Shown piece after piece: positions 54,746 through 54,865 of a stretch of DNA of 54,865 nt. Numbering within the stretch: position 1 is the first letter of the stretch; the number at the start of each line of letters is the position of its first letter. The translations under genes and the position numbers were made by a program. The notes under the pieces are model-generated. The model was not told where the DNA came from and did not search any database. It saw only the letters and a list, made by a program, of their open reading frames with translations. This DNA comes from an uncultured Candidatus Cloacimonadota bacterium (GTDB lineage: Bacteria; Cloacimonadota; Cloacimonadia; Cloacimonadales; TCS61): positions 1 to 54,865 of the forward strand of contig CAZOCS010000002.1 of assembly GCA_964578365.1 (NCBI GenBank). The letters are read 5' to 3'.

Positions 54746-54865
54746 ATTGATCTCCTTAAGTACATTAATTTATTTATTGCTCCGATGATTTTTGATAGAG
54801 TTAAATCTGACAAGTTTTTTAACTTGGTAAATTCAAAAAAAATAGTAGAATCGCAGGAAATTTGT

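Noticed and set aside
1-54865. Search for CRISPR arrays, tRNA/rRNA genes, transposases, integrases, prophage or defence-system genes.
   Set aside because: I found no regularly spaced direct repeats, no cloverleaf-like GC-rich segments in the intergenic regions, and no recombinase/transposase or recognisable defence motifs among the ORFs. The only repeats are the short REP/MITE-like elements and the heptamer arrays reported above.

Overview
AT-rich, gene-dense 54.9-kb bacterial chromosomal window with about 55 protein genes. By eye I see no rRNA, tRNA, CRISPR array, transposase or integrase. The source is probably an uncultivated anaerobe of the FCB group, possibly Cloacimonadota. That placement is an inference from T9SS-type C-terminal sorting domains ending in MLLK or MLLVK, GWxTD proteins and amino-acid fermentation genes, and I could not run a search to confirm it. 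LEFT THIRD (907-21293, + strand): two paralogous four-subunit 2-oxoacid:ferredoxin oxidoreductases (OFOR). The second runs without a break into hdrC-hdrB-hdrA-mvhD, a soluble fumarate-reductase-like FeS/flavoprotein pair, a cytoplasmic Mvh-type [NiFe] hydrogenase with its endopeptidase, sucCD, a two-subunit class I fumarase and a malic enzyme. This is my top candidate for an undescribed system: an H2/fumarate(succinate)/ferredoxin flavin-based electron-bifurcating or confurcating complex built into the pyruvate-to-succinyl-CoA carbon route. A decayed methylmalonyl-CoA epimerase relic and a palindrome-rich, terminator-bearing leader lie just upstream. MIDDLE: a divergent pair of T9SS-cargo genes. 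One is a thioredoxin-like protein with an in-frame TGA at the first Cys position of a CxxC motif, a selenocysteine candidate. The other is an HExxH metalloprotease whose sorting domain carries an in-frame copy of a dispersed repeat. Then come a phosphoesterase/methyltransferase-like/HAD operon, a secreted ankyrin protein, polA, deoD and an M42 peptidase. RIGHT HALF (mostly - strand): a LemA-TPM-TPM module, tandem GWxTD paralogs, an EamA transporter, a cation-chloride-cotransporter-like permease, and a 7-gene operon (two saccharopine-dehydrogenase-type enzymes, a long KamA-family radical-SAM aminomutase, CoA-transferase AB, a HemL-like aminotransferase, a thiolase) that does not match the textbook lysine fermentation gene set. 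It ends with an SdpR/SdpI pair split by a repeat element, selU, an ENPP-type phosphodiesterase and pepF. All functional calls rest on motifs I recognise by eye; no homology search was possible.
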